Shown here in pieces: positions 31,125 to 40,755 of a DNA stretch of 64,000 bases (the stretch's first letter is position 1; each line of letters opens with the position of its first letter). Source of the stretch: an uncultured delta proteobacterium (GTDB lineage: Bacteria > Desulfobacterota > Desulfomonilia > UBA1062); the NCBI GenBank assembly GCA_963752595.1, contig CAVVYZ010000022.1:96001-160000 (forward strand). The letters are read 5' to 3'. The notes beneath the pieces were generated by a model. It searched no databases, was not told the origin of the DNA, and saw nothing but the letters and a program-made list of their open reading frames with translations. A program made the translations under genes and the position numbers.

Positions 31125-31385
31125 TTATTCATGCCCGATCTTGGTGCAGACAAGGAAACGCTCGTTGCACTGCTCGCACGTTTCGATCGAATGGGCCTCC
31201 GAGAAATCCTTCCAGTGCTGCTTCTGGTTCGGCGTCAGCGTGCCTTTCCCGTTGCACAGGGGGCAGACGCTGTCCAGTGCAGTTAGAATAGCTGAACGGA
31301 TGAATTCCGATCTGTTGGGTATTCCCTGAATGATCCTGAAAAGATGCTCATCAACTTTGAAAGTTACGATCTCATGCTTTTTCAT
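31125..31385 (-). CDS. Ribbon-helix-helix regulator with Cys/His-rich C-terminus
   Basis: IVTFKVD..NRSEFIRSAI followed by CPLC, H, H, CEQC and C. Confidence 0.8.
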   Translation of the reverse strand: MKKHEIVTFKVDEHLFRIIQGIPNRSEFIRSAILTALDSVCPLCNGKGTLTPNQKQHWKDFSEAHSIETCEQCNERFLVCTKIGHE

Positions 31386-31407
31386 GCTATACTCTCACCG
31401 GACCTTA

Positions 31408-31459
31408 GTAATACTATGTAATACTTTTGTATTAGAAACCAAGACCTGATAATTGTCAA
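31408..31459 (-). promoter_or_regulatory. Sigma70 promoter of the RHH-znuACB operon with overlapping operator-like repeats
   Basis: Minus strand TTGACA(31459-31454)-17 bp-TCTAAT(31436-31431). GTAATACT twice at 10-bp spacing and palindrome TAATAC-N4-GTATTA. Confidence 0.65.
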
Positions 31460-31612
31460 GATCACTCATAAGATATACATAATGAATACTTTCGGTTACT
31501 TTTTAGCAGGATCGGAGCAGTGCGTTCGCGATCAATCCGGGGTGCATACCTCTCTTAAAATCGAGGGCTTCCGGTTACGCCGCCTTCACGAGGCATACTG
31601 ACCGTACAATCA

Positions 31613-32563
31613 CTACTTTTTTGACGTACCCTTGAGCACCTTGAAAAAGTCGTAATCCGTACTGAGGATCAGGGTTGTATTGTCGAAAGAGGTTTGCTTA
31701 TACGTCTCGAGGGTCTTGTAGAAGGAATAAAATTCCGGATCCTGATTGTAGGACTTCCCATAGATCCTGGTGACCTCGGCATCGGCCTTTCCCTTGATCT
31801 CTTCCGCTGTCTTGAAGGCCTCTGACCGGATAGCCTGGAGATCTTTACCCATGCGCCCGGTTATCTCTGCCTTTTTTCCCTCTCCTTCGGATATCAGCTG
31901 AGCTGCCTGGTATTTCCTTTCGGAGATCATCCGGGCATACACCCTATCTTTGACCTTTTCTCCGTAGTGTAGGCGCTTTACCTGAACATCTACGAGTCCC
32001 ATGCCAAAGCTCGAGATGGATTTCGAGGCTCCCGCAAGCATCCTTCGGGCGACGGCATCCCTCCCCAGCACAACCTTTTCCCCTGGTACGGCATCATTTG
32101 TGGTAAATTTATCACCGCTATCCCAGCCGGGGACGGACTTGATCTGATCCGACGACCTTACCAGCTCAACGAGGGGATTTGCTGCGACAGTATCCTTCGC
32201 AATCGAATCCATGATGTCATCAAGCTTGGCGTATGCCTGGTCATAGGTTCCGATCGCCTTGATGAATGTCATCGGATCGACGATCTTCCATCTTGCAGTC
32301 ACCTCTATCCGGATGATCATATTATCACGGGTTGAGATCTCGCCTGAATCTCCATTCCACCTGAGTATCCGCTTCTCGAATTTCGCAACCCTCTGGACAA
32401 GGGGAATCTTGAAATGAAGGCCGGCTTCTTTGACTGACCTTACCGGGTTCTCGAATTGCAAGATGGCTGCCTGTTCGTATTCGCTGACCGTATAGAATGC
32501 ATCGAACATGCTCAAAACCGCAAGTGCGCAAAGGAAGACGAGGATGACTTTTGCTGTTTTCAT
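31613..32563 (-). CDS. hflC: FtsH modulator HflC
   Basis: SPFH domain, GLHFKIP, RMISER and DPEFYSFYKTLE motifs. Confidence 0.92.
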   Translation of the reverse strand: MKTAKVILVFLCALAVLSMFDAFYTVSEYEQAAILQFENPVRSVKEAGLHFKIPLVQRVAKFEKRILRWNGDSGEISTRDNMIIRIEVTARWKIVDPMTFIKAIGTYDQAYAKLDDIMDSIAKDTVAANPLVELVRSSDQIKSVPGWDSGDKFTTNDAVPGEKVVLGRDAVARRMLAGASKSISSFGMGLVDVQVKRLHYGEKVKDRVYARMISERKYQAAQLISEGEGKKAEITGRMGKDLQAIRSEAFKTAEEIKGKADAEVTRIYGKSYNQDPEFYSFYKTLETYKQTSFDNTTLILSTDYDFFKVLKGTSKK

Positions 32564-33594
32564 CGCTCACCCCCTGTTCCCGGCATGCGCTTTTCCGAAT
32601 CGAACAAAGGGAATACGTTTTTCTGTCTGCTGTCAATCACCTGCACCTGCCTGGCCTTGGGCAGGACCTCGCGGCAAGTCTCAAGGTAGAGCCGCTTCCG
32701 CGTTACTTCTTTGGCATTGCGGTATTCATGCAGCACATCATTGAACCGTGATGTTTCTCCTTTTGCGACATTGGCACGCTCCAGGGCATACCCCTGGGCC
32801 ATATTAACGAGGCCGGCCGCCTCGCCGCGCGCCTTTGGTATTTCACGGTTATAGGCTTCCAGGGCCTGGTTGATAAGGCTTTCCTTTTCCTGCCGGGCCG
32901 CATTTACTTCATTGTAAGCATCCCTGACCTGGTCAGGAGGCAGTACATTCCGAAGCCGGACATCTACAACCTTTATTCCGCTGTCATACCTGTCGAGCGA
33001 CCTCTGAAGCTCGTCTATAAAGATTCTGCTTATTTCCTCCCTGTTCTTGAGCACATAATCGAAACTCCGATCGCTTACGACCCCTCTCATGACCGATTCG
33101 CTGATATCCCGGATGGATTGAACGGAATCATGGATGCCGAGCAGGAACTTCTTCGGGTCCTGGCGCTTATAGTGGACGCTCCATTCGAGGTCGACTATGC
33201 TCAAATCACCTGTAAGCATCAATGATTCTTTCATGCTTTCCGGATCTTTCCGATATCTGTTTCTGATACCCGGCTTGCCGCTCCTGAATCCGAACGACTC
33301 GCTTTCGATCGTATCCGTGTTCACCTCGATCACTTTATCTACTCCGAAGGGTACCTTGAGATGCGGGCCGGACAGCACAATACCTGAAAATTTCCCGAAT
33401 CGCATAATTACGCCCTGGTATCCGGCAGGTACGGTATAAAACGAAGTGAAAGCACCTCCTGCCAGAATCAGTAGCATTGTTAAAATGATGCCGATGGTCC
33501 TCCCTGTGTGCTTCCGTGCATCGGAGCCCGGATTCACAGGCATCATCGTTTCGGTTTTATCCTGATCGCCCGGCTGTTGCGCATTCAAGGACAT
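32560..33594 (-). CDS. hflK: FtsH modulator HflK
   Basis: LMLTGD, PPDQVRDAYNEV, IPKARGEA and TRKRLYLET motifs. Confidence 0.92.
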   Translation of the reverse strand: MSLNAQQPGDQDKTETMMPVNPGSDARKHTGRTIGIILTMLLILAGGAFTSFYTVPAGYQGVIMRFGKFSGIVLSGPHLKVPFGVDKVIEVNTDTIESESFGFRSGKPGIRNRYRKDPESMKESLMLTGDLSIVDLEWSVHYKRQDPKKFLLGIHDSVQSIRDISESVMRGVVSDRSFDYVLKNREEISRIFIDELQRSLDRYDSGIKVVDVRLRNVLPPDQVRDAYNEVNAARQEKESLINQALEAYNREIPKARGEAAGLVNMAQGYALERANVAKGETSRFNDVLHEYRNAKEVTRKRLYLETCREVLPKARQVQVIDSRQKNVFPLFDSEKRMPGTGGER

Positions 33595-33787
33595 AGCAGA
33601 TCTCCCTTTTCAAGGATTATAACCAGTTACGATTAGGTATCCTTGGGGTAGCTTCCTTGTCAATGTCAAAGAAGAAATTTTACTTTCATCTTAAGTGCGG
33701 ATAAAGTAAATTTATCGGTTGAGTCCAGGGACACCCCAATGAATGCTTAAAATTTTATACCCATGCTGCTTAGGGAGAATTTCAGCG

Positions 33788-34639
33788 ATGACCGGTTCGA
33801 TGTCTTCAGGATACCTGCAGACGATCCCTTCACAATACGCTTCCCTTGCGTCTTTTAAGATGCACTTTCTTGAGATGGGCGAAGGAGACCCTCTGATCCT
33901 GATCCATGGAGGGGGAGTGTGGCTGTATTCTTTCAGGCACAATCTCCGGGATCTTTCCTGCTTCTTTCGAGTATATGCCCTTGATATGCCGGGATACGGC
34001 TATACGCTCCCGCTGCAGGATACCGTATCATACGGTCTTGAGACAGCTGCAGAAGTTTTGCTCGAATTCATGAATATGAAAAATATCGAACGGGCATCGC
34101 TTCTCGGGCATTCCTGGGGAGGCGGATGGGTGCTTCGTTTCGCTTCTCAATATCCGGAACGGGTGGAAAGGCTCATCCTCATAGACTCAAGCGGTTTTAA
34201 TGTTCCCGATGTTCTCGAATGGGAACTCATGAAGTATCCGGTTATCGGAGGACTCCTCATGAAATGCATCACGGTCGGCATCGTGAAAAAACGCCTTGAG
34301 CGCTCCTTTTTTCACAAGGAGATGGTAAGCCGCGATATGGCTGAAGAGGTCTACCTTCCCTTGACATTTCCCTACAACCAGAAGGCCCAGTTGAAGATTG
34401 CAAGAAACCAGGACTGGTCGCTGACCGAAAGATTAATGCCTGTAATACGGCACCCCTCGCTTGTCATCTGGGGAGATCATGATGCATATCTCGATACCGA
34501 ACTGCTGCACCGGTTTCACCGGCAACTGCCGAATGCGCGAACCTTTCTCTTCAAGCAATGCGGACACTCTCCCCACGAGGAGTACCCGCAGGATGTCAAT
34601 GCCTTGATCACGGCGTACTTAAGGCAAAAAGCTGTCTGA
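33788..34639 (+). CDS. Alpha/beta fold hydrolase
   Basis: LIHGGG, DMPGYG, GHSWGG, WGDHD and GHSPHEE motifs. Confidence 0.9.
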   Translation: MTGSMSSGYLQTIPSQYASLASFKMHFLEMGEGDPLILIHGGGVWLYSFRHNLRDLSCFFRVYALDMPGYGYTLPLQDTVSYGLETAAEVLLEFMNMKNIERASLLGHSWGGGWVLRFASQYPERVERLILIDSSGFNVPDVLEWELMKYPVIGGLLMKCITVGIVKKRLERSFFHKEMVSRDMAEEVYLPLTFPYNQKAQLKIARNQDWSLTERLMPVIRHPSLVIWGDHDAYLDTELLHRFHRQLPNARTFLFKQCGHSPHEEYPQDVNALITAYLRQKAV

Positions 34640-34782
34640 CAGGGATTGGGGGATCGATTTAATCACTGGCTTTTTTTCACCCGATTATCAATAATGATGT
34701 TTTGATATTGGTGATTCTTATCCGTTCGTTTACTTAATAGTATTATTGCACGCCTTGAAAAACCAGGCAGGAGTTACAGAGT

Positions 34783-35979
34783 ATGTTTTTGCCCATAGGA
34801 GACAGCCCTAATCCGAAGAATTACACTCCATGGATGAACTGGACCCTGATCGCAGCGAATATCCTGGTTTATGTGTTCATCACCATACCCCTCTCCCGCC
34901 GGGGCGTGAGCATGAATGACCCGCTCCTGCATGAATACCTCCGGACCATTGCGAATCAGCTCCCGCCAGGGGTCACGATCAACGAAGTTTTATCCCAGGT
35001 CAGCTCATACGATCTCTATACCTTTGTCCATGGATATAAACCCGGTGCCCCGAAAATAGCCAATCTCTTTTACAGTATGTTTCTCCATGGGGGCATCCTC
35101 CACCTCGCGGGGAATATGCTCTTCCTGTGGATTTATGGCGACAACGTTGAGTACCGGCTTGGAAAGATAGGGTACCTGATGACCTATCTTTTTACCGGTG
35201 CGCTGGCCACCCTGTTCTTTGCCCTCTTCGCAGGACCTTCCATGGTGCCGCTCGTAGGCGCATCAGGAGCCATATCAGGAATTCTGGGCGTTTATTTCCT
35301 TCTCTTCCCGAGAAACAAGATCAAGGTATTCATCGCGCTCATTCCTTTTTACGTGGATGTCCTTTCCATGCCGTCGCGTCTGGTCCTCGGCATTTTCATC
35401 GTCATTGACAATCTCCTGCCTTTTCTTATCAGCCACCAGTCAGCAGTGGCTTATGGCGCTCATATCGGGGGCTTTCTGGGAGGAATGTCTATCGCTTTTG
35501 TCGGCGAAAGGTTTTCCTGGCACTGGCCCTGGAGGGACAGCATGTGGCATGTCGGAAATGCCATGACGCGGATAAACCCGGCATCAGGAAAAGAAAGTAT
35601 CGCAAATCTTTCGGAACTACGGGCTGCCATGAATGAGAATTTGCCGGGGAAAGCAGTGGACATCCTCGCTCACATGGAGGGAAAGGATGTATCCGTGCTC
35701 AAAACCGATGAATGCATAACCCTGTCCCAGTGGCTCGATGAATCAGGACATCCCATTGCCGCATCGAGGATGCTGAGGCAATGCGTGACAAACCGGCAGA
35801 AATCCGAAACCCTCGCTGATGTCTATCTTGCTCTTGGCCTCATGCGCCTGAAACAAGGGCAGCCGACGGCAGCCTACCAATATCTCCTCTCGGCCCTCAA
35901 GAATCAACCCTCTGAAGAAACCGAAAAACAAACCAGGGATGCTCTGAGCCGGATTGACATCTACCGGAGCGCCCACTGA
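34783..35979 (+). CDS. Rhomboid intramembrane serine protease with C-terminal TPR-like helices
   Basis: MFLHGGILHLAGNM, GASGAISG and AHIGGF; TPR-like tail. Confidence 0.9.
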   Translation: MFLPIGDSPNPKNYTPWMNWTLIAANILVYVFITIPLSRRGVSMNDPLLHEYLRTIANQLPPGVTINEVLSQVSSYDLYTFVHGYKPGAPKIANLFYSMFLHGGILHLAGNMLFLWIYGDNVEYRLGKIGYLMTYLFTGALATLFFALFAGPSMVPLVGASGAISGILGVYFLLFPRNKIKVFIALIPFYVDVLSMPSRLVLGIFIVIDNLLPFLISHQSAVAYGAHIGGFLGGMSIAFVGERFSWHWPWRDSMWHVGNAMTRINPASGKESIANLSELRAAMNENLPGKAVDILAHMEGKDVSVLKTDECITLSQWLDESGHPIAASRMLRQCVTNRQKSETLADVYLALGLMRLKQGQPTAAYQYLLSALKNQPSEETEKQTRDALSRIDIYRSAH

Positions 35980-36181
35980 TTCAAAAGGGGCAGTATTCTT
36001 CTTGTGCTTGAATATTTCCATTTTATGGGTAATCTTATTCCTTTTCCTTCCCTCTCTTCATCAAATCGCCTAATATATTGTTATTACATATCATTGGCAA
36101 AGGCATATTATTTGCTTTAATTTACGCCGTGCAGAGGAAAAGCTCAACCATTCTGACATCTTCAAGGGAGGAAAAGCTGCT

Positions 36182-36478
36182 ATGAAGACCGTCGCCATCA
36201 CTTTTCTTTTAACCCTTATTCTTTCCTCACCGATCCATGCATTTATGAAATCGGCAACTGAATATGCGATAGCGAGTGCAGAGCAGAATATCATTCCCCG
36301 GAACCTATCGGATGACCTTGATAAAGATCCGGGCAGTAAGGTTGACAAGCCCCTCGTCGTAATCCTGGGAGATGCCGGGGAAGTATATTTCCTTTTCATG
36401 AACCAGCTTTTCGGTCTTCACAAAAACGATGAGGCCCTTCTTCCATGCAGCACCCCTCTCCAAAAATCTTTTAATTGA
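36182..36478 (+). CDS. Hypothetical secreted protein
   Basis: RBS GGGAGG and signal peptide MKTVAITFLLTLILSSPIHA. Confidence 0.55.
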   Translation: MKTVAITFLLTLILSSPIHAFMKSATEYAIASAEQNIIPRNLSDDLDKDPGSKVDKPLVVILGDAGEVYFLFMNQLFGLHKNDEALLPCSTPLQKSFN

Positions 36479-36872
36479 GAAAAATGAAGCTGATAAAGTA
36501 TCTTATCTCCCCCCATCATCTTACATCTGCACCGGCTTTCTTCGGTAGTCCGTCAGTACTTTATCATAGTTACTCTGTGCAACAACCCAGGTGATGCATT
36601 TAAGACACAGGCCATCCGCTCTGACCTCGTATAATCAATACCTTATAACCTGGCCTACATCTTGCTGTTACTTGGGCATGGAGATTTTTCAGGACATCAG
36701 ATATGTATTGACAGAGGTCCCGCATGCGGTCTCCTTTGTCTTTTTCTTTATCATATCCCTCTGCCTTTGCCTCAAACGAGCCTGATCTTCCGGATCGTAC
36801 AGATCAGAAAGGCTCATTCCCCGGGGTGAAGGCGAGAATGATCCGGAATGCTTCTGGTCATCCTGCGGGTAT

Positions 36873-37292
36873 TCATTCCTTAAGAAAGATATCATGGAAG
36901 GTTACCATAGGGCATTTACTTTCCTGAAGATCCGATAACGAAGCGAAGTCACGGGGTTTCGATCTTGCATGATCATACCATGCAACGTAAAGCATCACCT
37001 GTTTCCCCAGGGGAATATCACTGACCTCCCAGTATCTGTAAAATGACACATTACCTTGTAAAATCGGATTTTCAGGATCTTGGTGCCATTCCGGAGACAT
37101 CTGGGAAGATTCTGCAGGAAGATTTTTCAAGGAGACAAGTTTTGTATGTGCCAGGATCGAGGCAGTGGTAAGGTCTTCGGAATACCTGTTCGAGCGGATC
37201 GATACTATCGAAAATTTCATGTATGAGAGAAAAATGATCATAATGACAAGGAGTGCTACCAGCACTTCAAGAAGGCTGAACCCTTTCTTCAT
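36873..37292 (-). CDS. Type IV pilin-like protein (PilV-like)
   Basis: Prepilin cleavage motif KKG|FSLLEVLVALL. Confidence 0.85.
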   Translation of the reverse strand: MKKGFSLLEVLVALLVIMIIFLSYMKFSIVSIRSNRYSEDLTTASILAHTKLVSLKNLPAESSQMSPEWHQDPENPILQGNVSFYRYWEVSDIPLGKQVMLYVAWYDHARSKPRDFASLSDLQESKCPMVTFHDIFLKE

Positions 37293-37879
37293 TTTATTAT
37301 CTCCCATGAGCTTCCGTACCGCCAGATTCTGATGACCCCGGAGGCGGGCAAGACTCTGATCGCTATGGAGGAGGTATCATTCCGCAGGTAGATGCTGCCG
37401 GAATTGCAGCATCCCATGGGTGAGAAGGTGATACGGTTGTCCGAGAAACTTACTCCGTCATCCGGGAGATCCGTATCATTCGGCCCTTTGTGAGAACGGC
37501 AGCCGAAGCGGACCGGTTCACTCAGGGAAAACGGCCCGAGTAGTCTTTCTCCCGGGTCTATCCGGGAGTCGCCATTCTGGTCGCCATAGCACACCCATGA
37601 TCCATGGCCAGGGTTGAAGACAATGCGCCACGGATATCCCTGATCCATCGCCAGATCCCGTGCCCGGTGAATCATGGTTGCCAGGTGTTCTGTCTGTTGA
37701 GATAGTTCCTTACCTGATGTAAGTCTGCTCAAGTTGGGAAAGGCGAGCGCGGCCAGCAGAGAAATAATACCCAAGACCACGAGCAGTTCGAGAAGATTGA
37801 AGCCCCTTTCCTTTGATCCCTGTGAAATTTTGCCGGATCCGACCTGTCCAAATGCAAAAATAGAGCACTTGTCCTGCAT
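37289..37879 (-). CDS. GspH/FimT family pseudopilin
   Basis: RG|FNLLELLVVLGII motif, ARDLA and ITFSPMG. Confidence 0.88.
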   Translation of the reverse strand: MQDKCSIFAFGQVGSGKISQGSKERGFNLLELLVVLGIISLLAALAFPNLSRLTSGKELSQQTEHLATMIHRARDLAMDQGYPWRIVFNPGHGSWVCYGDQNGDSRIDPGERLLGPFSLSEPVRFGCRSHKGPNDTDLPDDGVSFSDNRITFSPMGCCNSGSIYLRNDTSSIAIRVLPASGVIRIWRYGSSWEIIK

Positions 37880-38003
37880 TTTTCAGTGAGAATTATCCCC
37901 TCCTCAATACCATATCAATACATCATGATACTCATGTATACACCGGATCTGGGTAAAATACCAGGATTTATCAAGATCAATTGTATCAGGAAGATAAAGG
38001 ATA

Positions 38004-38498
38004 TTATTTCATCGATGAAAAGGCTATCGATGGCTCCCCCTGTTCATTCATTACCAATATCCCGTTTTCCAGAAGTAATGCAGCGGTTACCCCGACACCC
38101 TGAATTCTTCCTTCCTGCGACCGCACCTGATTCGTTCCGCATGAAGGGCTTCCTTCCTTGAACACAGCCCGGCTTATATTGAGGACATACGCCAGTTCCA
38201 GGACATGCATGGCGCCATTGATAAAGGATCCGGTAACGTTGACCCCATCGGCATTTACGATTCGAGCCCTTTCTTTCAGAACATCCCGGCCGTCGCCACT
38301 GACAAAACATGCGGTCGGCCGTGGAGTAGGCAGTCCGCCGAGCCTTTCCGGACAGACAGGAACAGGCGTAAAATTCTTTGATGAAAGAATTCCTTTACAG
38401 GGTTTCGCTTTCCCGTCATACCGGCAGTTGATGCCCAGGAGGCAGGCACTGACCAGGACCGGGCCTTCTAGATATCCAAAGGGGGATTTACAAGGCAT
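38004..38498 (-). CDS. DUF523 / 2-thiouracil desulfidase-like protein
   Basis: VSACLLGINCRYDG, VCPE..GGLPTPR and SPSCG motifs. Confidence 0.9.
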   Translation of the reverse strand: MPCKSPFGYLEGPVLVSACLLGINCRYDGKAKPCKGILSSKNFTPVPVCPERLGGLPTPRPTACFVSGDGRDVLKERARIVNADGVNVTGSFINGAMHVLELAYVLNISRAVFKEGSPSCGTNQVRSQEGRIQGVGVTAALLLENGILVMNEQGEPSIAFSSMK

Positions 38499-39121
38499 AG
38501 GGACTCATCCTTCTCAAGCCCTTGAATGAAGACCTTTCTGCCCACGATGTCGAGCCTTCCCTGAGCAAAGAGCTGTAAGGCCTTGGGATATATTTTATGC
38601 TCAAGGGCAAGGATCCTGTTTTTCAGGTCTTCTTCCGCATCATCCGGATATACAGGCACTACGGCCTGAATGATGATGGGGCCGGTATCTACCCCTGCAT
38701 CAACGAAATGCACGGTACAGCCTGAAAAACGGACGCCATGGTCTATGGCCTTCTGCCTTACCCCGAGGCCGGGGAAAGAGGGAAGCAGCGCAGGATGGAT
38801 ATTTATCACCCTTCCGGGGAATTCCTGGAGAAATCCCTGGGTGAGGACCCGCATGAAGCCGGCGAGGGCGATGAGATCCACCTGGTATTCGTGGAGGATT
38901 CGTACGAGCTCACGGTCAAATTTTTCCCGGTCCGGGTATGTGCTGTGGGGGACGACGGCGGCGGGTATTGATTTCTGTTCAGCCCTTTTCAGGGCGAACG
39001 CCTCTGATGTGTTGCTGATGACCACAGCTACGCGGCCGTCAATCTCACCCCGCTCGCAGGCATCCATGATCGACTGCAGGTTGGACCCGCTTCCGGATAC
39101 CAGCACGCCTATCCGTATCAC
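38468..39121 (-). CDS. purN: Phosphoribosylglycinamide formyltransferase
   Basis: SGSGSNLQ, LAGFMR, NIHPALLP and GCTVHFVD motifs. Confidence 0.97.
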   Translation of the reverse strand: MIRIGVLVSGSGSNLQSIMDACERGEIDGRVAVVISNTSEAFALKRAEQKSIPAAVVPHSTYPDREKFDRELVRILHEYQVDLIALAGFMRVLTQGFLQEFPGRVINIHPALLPSFPGLGVRQKAIDHGVRFSGCTVHFVDAGVDTGPIIIQAVVPVYPDDAEEDLKNRILALEHKIYPKALQLFAQGRLDIVGRKVFIQGLEKDESLCLVNPPLDI

Positions 39122-39131
39122 TTAGGCCCTC

Positions 39132-40172
39132 CTACTCTTCGAAAACAACCGGGGCCTCTCCCTTTTTCAATGTCCTCACATACCCGATCACACTTGCAGA
39201 TTCTTTCAGGCCTTTGAGTCGCAGAAGCACGTCCTCTGCATCTTTTTCAGCCACGATAAGCACCATGCCGATGCCCATGTTGAACGTCCGGTACATCTCA
39301 AGATCTTCGATCCTTCCGAGATCCTGGATAAACGTGAATATGGGGGGTACCTGCCAGGAGTTTTTCTTTATTACAACGCCGGTCCGCGCTGATAAAACCC
39401 TTGGGATATTATCGATGAACCCGCCGCCCGTGATATGGACGATCCCTTTGATCTCAAACGCCCGGAGCAGGTTCAGAATGCTTTTTACATAGATTTTTGT
39501 CGGAGTCAGGAGCTCTTCTGCAAGGGTTTTGCCGATGTCTTCGACATAATCATCGATCTTCATCCGAGCCCTGTCGAAAAGGACCTTCCGCACCAGAGAG
39601 AAACCGTTGCTGTGAACACCTGAGGACTGCACCCCGATGACAACGTCTTTTGCGGAGACCCTCGAACCGTCGATGATCTTATCGCTGTCGACTATTCCTA
39701 CACCGAACCCGGCGATATCATATTCACCATCACTATAGATTCCCGGCATTTCGGCGGTTTCACCGCCGATCAGAGCGCAACCTGCCTCTTTGCACCCTTT
39801 GGCCATGCCGGTAACGATTGTTTTTGACCGCTCCACATCGAGCTTACCGGTCGCCAGATAATCAAGGAAGAAAAGCGGGGTCGCACCATCAACGACGATG
39901 TCGTTCACGACCATGGCCACGAGATCTATGCCGATAAATTCATGATTGTCTGCCATAAGGGCGATCTTGATCTTCGTTCCTACCCCGTCGGTGGAAGAAA
40001 CGAGAACCGGATCTTTGAAGTTTCCAACGTCCAGCTTGAATAAACCGGCAAATCCTCCGATCCCGCCAAGGACTTCAGGCCCGTATGTGGATTTGATGAC
40101 GGATTTAATCCCTTTGATAAAGAGATTCTGCTTATCGATATCAACGCCAGCTTCTTTATATGTCAATGACAT
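39132..40172 (-). CDS. purM: AIR synthase
   Basis: YKEAGVDI, TDGVGTK, GGETAEMPG, HITGGG and TFNMGIG motifs. Confidence 0.97.
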   Translation of the reverse strand: MSLTYKEAGVDIDKQNLFIKGIKSVIKSTYGPEVLGGIGGFAGLFKLDVGNFKDPVLVSSTDGVGTKIKIALMADNHEFIGIDLVAMVVNDIVVDGATPLFFLDYLATGKLDVERSKTIVTGMAKGCKEAGCALIGGETAEMPGIYSDGEYDIAGFGVGIVDSDKIIDGSRVSAKDVVIGVQSSGVHSNGFSLVRKVLFDRARMKIDDYVEDIGKTLAEELLTPTKIYVKSILNLLRAFEIKGIVHITGGGFIDNIPRVLSARTGVVIKKNSWQVPPIFTFIQDLGRIEDLEMYRTFNMGIGMVLIVAEKDAEDVLLRLKGLKESASVIGYVRTLKKGEAPVVFEE

Positions 40173-40332
40173 GGGTAACCCCCCTTACGCACATCTTCCT
40201 ACTATAGTATCCTTCTTCTAGTCAATTATGCTTTCTGATGAATCCGATTTTTCCTGATGGAAATTAGTTTTGGATTAAGGCAGATGAATCGCGGGCTCGA
40301 TTCCGGGACTAGCCGCAGGCTGGTATTCTGAT

Positions 40333-40488
40333 AAAAAAATAGGGATGGCGCCTGGGCAAGGGAACGGCCATCCCGAAGAGGAGGTTTTTTGCTATGAAGA
40401 TCTTTTATCGATGAGACTGAAGGACGGTTACCTCCTTATTTCGGTTTCCTCCAGTCCGGATTATATCGCTTGATATCGATTCATATGC
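40333..40488 (-). ncRNA. Candidate sigma54-dependent sRNA copy B; 5' end inferred
   Basis: No credible ORF. Ends in AACCTCCTCTT, an 8-bp stem GGGATGGC/GCCATCCC and a T run. Homologous to 21576-21629. Confidence 0.55.
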
Positions 40489-40498
40489 CCACTCATTA

Positions 40499-40514
40499 TT
40501 CAATTGGCATGCCA
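40499..40514 (-). promoter_or_regulatory. Sigma54 -24/-12-like promoter
   Basis: TGGCATGCCAATTGAA (GG-N10-GA) against consensus TGGCACG-N4-TTGC. Confidence 0.55.
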
Positions 40515-40611
40515 AACTGATCACCTGGCAGCTATCCCATTGTATTAACATTATATCCATCTTTCGATGAAGGTATTTATTGCACCAGTACGATAAACCC
40601 GGCAGGATGAA

Positions 40612-40660
40612 TGTATAATACCTATACAATCCAAGGATACACACGTATACAGAATATACA
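40612..40660. promoter_or_regulatory. Two palindromic enhancer-like (bEBP) sites
   Basis: TGTATA-N5-TATACA (40612-40628) and CGTATA-N5-TATACA (40644-40660), starts 32 bp apart. Confidence 0.6.
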
Positions 40661-40712
40661 GTTTTATGAAGCATCTTATCGAGACAGGAAGGCAAGGCCA
40701 TCATGGAGCGTT

Positions 40713-40728
40713 TGGCATGAGATTTGTT
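40713..40728 (+). promoter_or_regulatory. Second, divergent sigma54-like promoter upstream of the kinase gene
   Basis: TGGCATGAGATTTGTT (GG-N10-GT). Confidence 0.4.
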
Positions 40729-40755
40729 AATTACTCAGGCGAGAATATTCATGGA

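Noticed and set aside
36480-36895. Short ORFs or structured RNA downstream of pilV
   Set aside because: No motif, RBS support or recognisable structure.
40281-40360. CGCCTGGGCA near purM, resembling the 3' motif of the ZMP/ZTP riboswitch
   Set aside because: It is on the strand opposite purM, lacks a proper 5' aptamer, and is explained as part of the candidate sRNA B terminator.
40394-40414. Plus-strand mini-ORF MKIFYR with a perfect RBS
   Set aside because: The RBS is just the complement of the anti-SD motif, the ORF is only six codons, and the terminator polarity favours the minus strand.
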